Shown piece after piece: positions 63,649 through 64,000 of a stretch of 64,000 bases of DNA. Location of the stretch: assembly GCA_964582865.1 (NCBI GenBank), contig CAZOUA010000009.1, positions 1,341-65,340 on the forward strand. Direction: 5' to 3'. A program made the translations under genes and the position numbers. Position 1 is the first letter of the stretch. The number at the start of each line of letters is the position of its first letter. This stretch comes from an uncultured Nitrospira sp. (GTDB lineage: Bacteria > Nitrospirota > Nitrospiria > Nitrospirales > Nitrospiraceae). The notes beneath the pieces are model-generated. The model did not search any database and had not been told where the DNA came from. It saw only the letters and a list, made by a program, of their open reading frames with translations.

Positions 63649-64000
63649 ATGGCTGAAATTATTCACCGCGTGGGAATCAAGGCGAGTCCTGACAAGGTGT
63701 TTAAGGCGCTCTCGACGATTGAAGGGCTTGCTGGCTGGTGGACAGAGAACACAAGAGGTGTTGCGGCCGTTGGCAAAATCATTGTGTTCCAATTTCATGA
63801 TCCCAACGGCAAGATCATAGGTGAATTCGAGATGGACGTGTTGGAGCAAGAGCCGTTCAAGAGGGTTCAGTGGAAGTGTAAAAAGGGACCTGCCGAATGG
63901 GTCGGAACAGAAGTTACCTTTGATTTGAAACAAGAGAACGACTTCACGATCGTGCTGTTCGGCCATCGAAAATGGAGGGAGTCCGTTGAGTTCACCGCCC
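63649..64000 (+). CDS. SRPBCC/Aha1-domain protein (partial, runs off the window end)
   Basis: ATG at 63649 with a GGAGG SD. MAEIIHRVGIKASPDKVFKALSTIEGLAGWWTENT ... VQWKC..GPAEWVGTEVTFDL is a typical Activator-of-Hsp90-ATPase-homolog-1-like START fold. No stop before position 64000. Confidence 0.8.
   Translation, partial: MAEIIHRVGIKASPDKVFKALSTIEGLAGWWTENTRGVAAVGKIIVFQFHDPNGKIIGEFEMDVLEQEPFKRVQWKCKKGPAEWVGTEVTFDLKQENDFTIVLFGHRKWRESVEFTA

Overview
This is a densely coding, high-GC (judged by eye, not computed) chromosomal segment of a Gram-negative bacterium. The gene content and the heptamer-style intergenic repeats remind me of Nitrospira/Nitrospirota, but that is inference only. I call about 65 CDS, 2 tRNAs (Lys-UUU, Ala-GGC), one truncated gene, and several hairpins, repeats and promoter candidates. 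I saw no rRNA, CRISPR array, transposase, integrase or phage genes.

Main blocks:
- 0.3-13 kb, housekeeping and redox genes: MarR-like regulator, purA, ABC-F ATPase, rarA, hydrolase, folE plus a COG0720 pterin synthase, ErpA, adrenodoxin-type ferredoxin, stand-alone NuoF-like flavoprotein, mdh.
- 13-19 kb: a CbbQ/NorQ AAA+ ATPase and a 1009-aa vWA (NorD/CbbO-like) partner, separated by DUF167, two paralogous glycine-zipper lipoproteins and a divergent ferredoxin-thioredoxin-reductase-like gene.
- 19-25 kb, signalling: hybrid Cache-PAS-GAF kinase, translationally coupled YkgJ-DUF2156 fusion, Cys-motif PAS-GGDEF.
- 25-33 kb: an ATP-grasp-like gene, a glutaredoxin-like gene, then a tightly packed 7-gene operon (KamA-type 2,3-aminomutase, long-form dCTP-deaminase-like, small membrane protein, GT2, DUF2064, SDR, Cys-rich protein).
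- 33-39 kb: grxD/bolA, a 630-bp lower-GC gap holding a 24-codon hydrophobic ORF with a perfect SD, and a 4-gene two-component operon ending in a heme-c DUF3365 protein.
- 39-51 kb, envelope genes: bactofilin, class A PBP, SSS transporter, FkpA, second ABC-F, second DUF3365, MltC, FAD monooxygenase.
- 51-64 kb, more accessory-looking: SigZ-like sigma factor, ArsI/CadI gene flanked by two copies of a repeat, two tandem NarL-type regulators plus a 1426-aa multi-PAS kinase with a PilZ-like upstream ORF, TetR, and an ECF sigma with three YciI/DGPF paralogs, a truncated DUF1428 and an SRPBCC gene.

Best candidates for something undescribed:
- the aminomutase/dCTP-deaminase-like/GT2/DUF2064/SDR operon
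- the split CbbQ-vWA module with no visible client and an HEAGH motif in the vWA protein
- the Rossmann-kinase/Cache-kinase/heme-c DUF3365 operon
- the recurrent heptamer-periodic, stop-triplet-containing intergenic repeats

All functional calls rest on motif and family recognition by eye. No database search was run.
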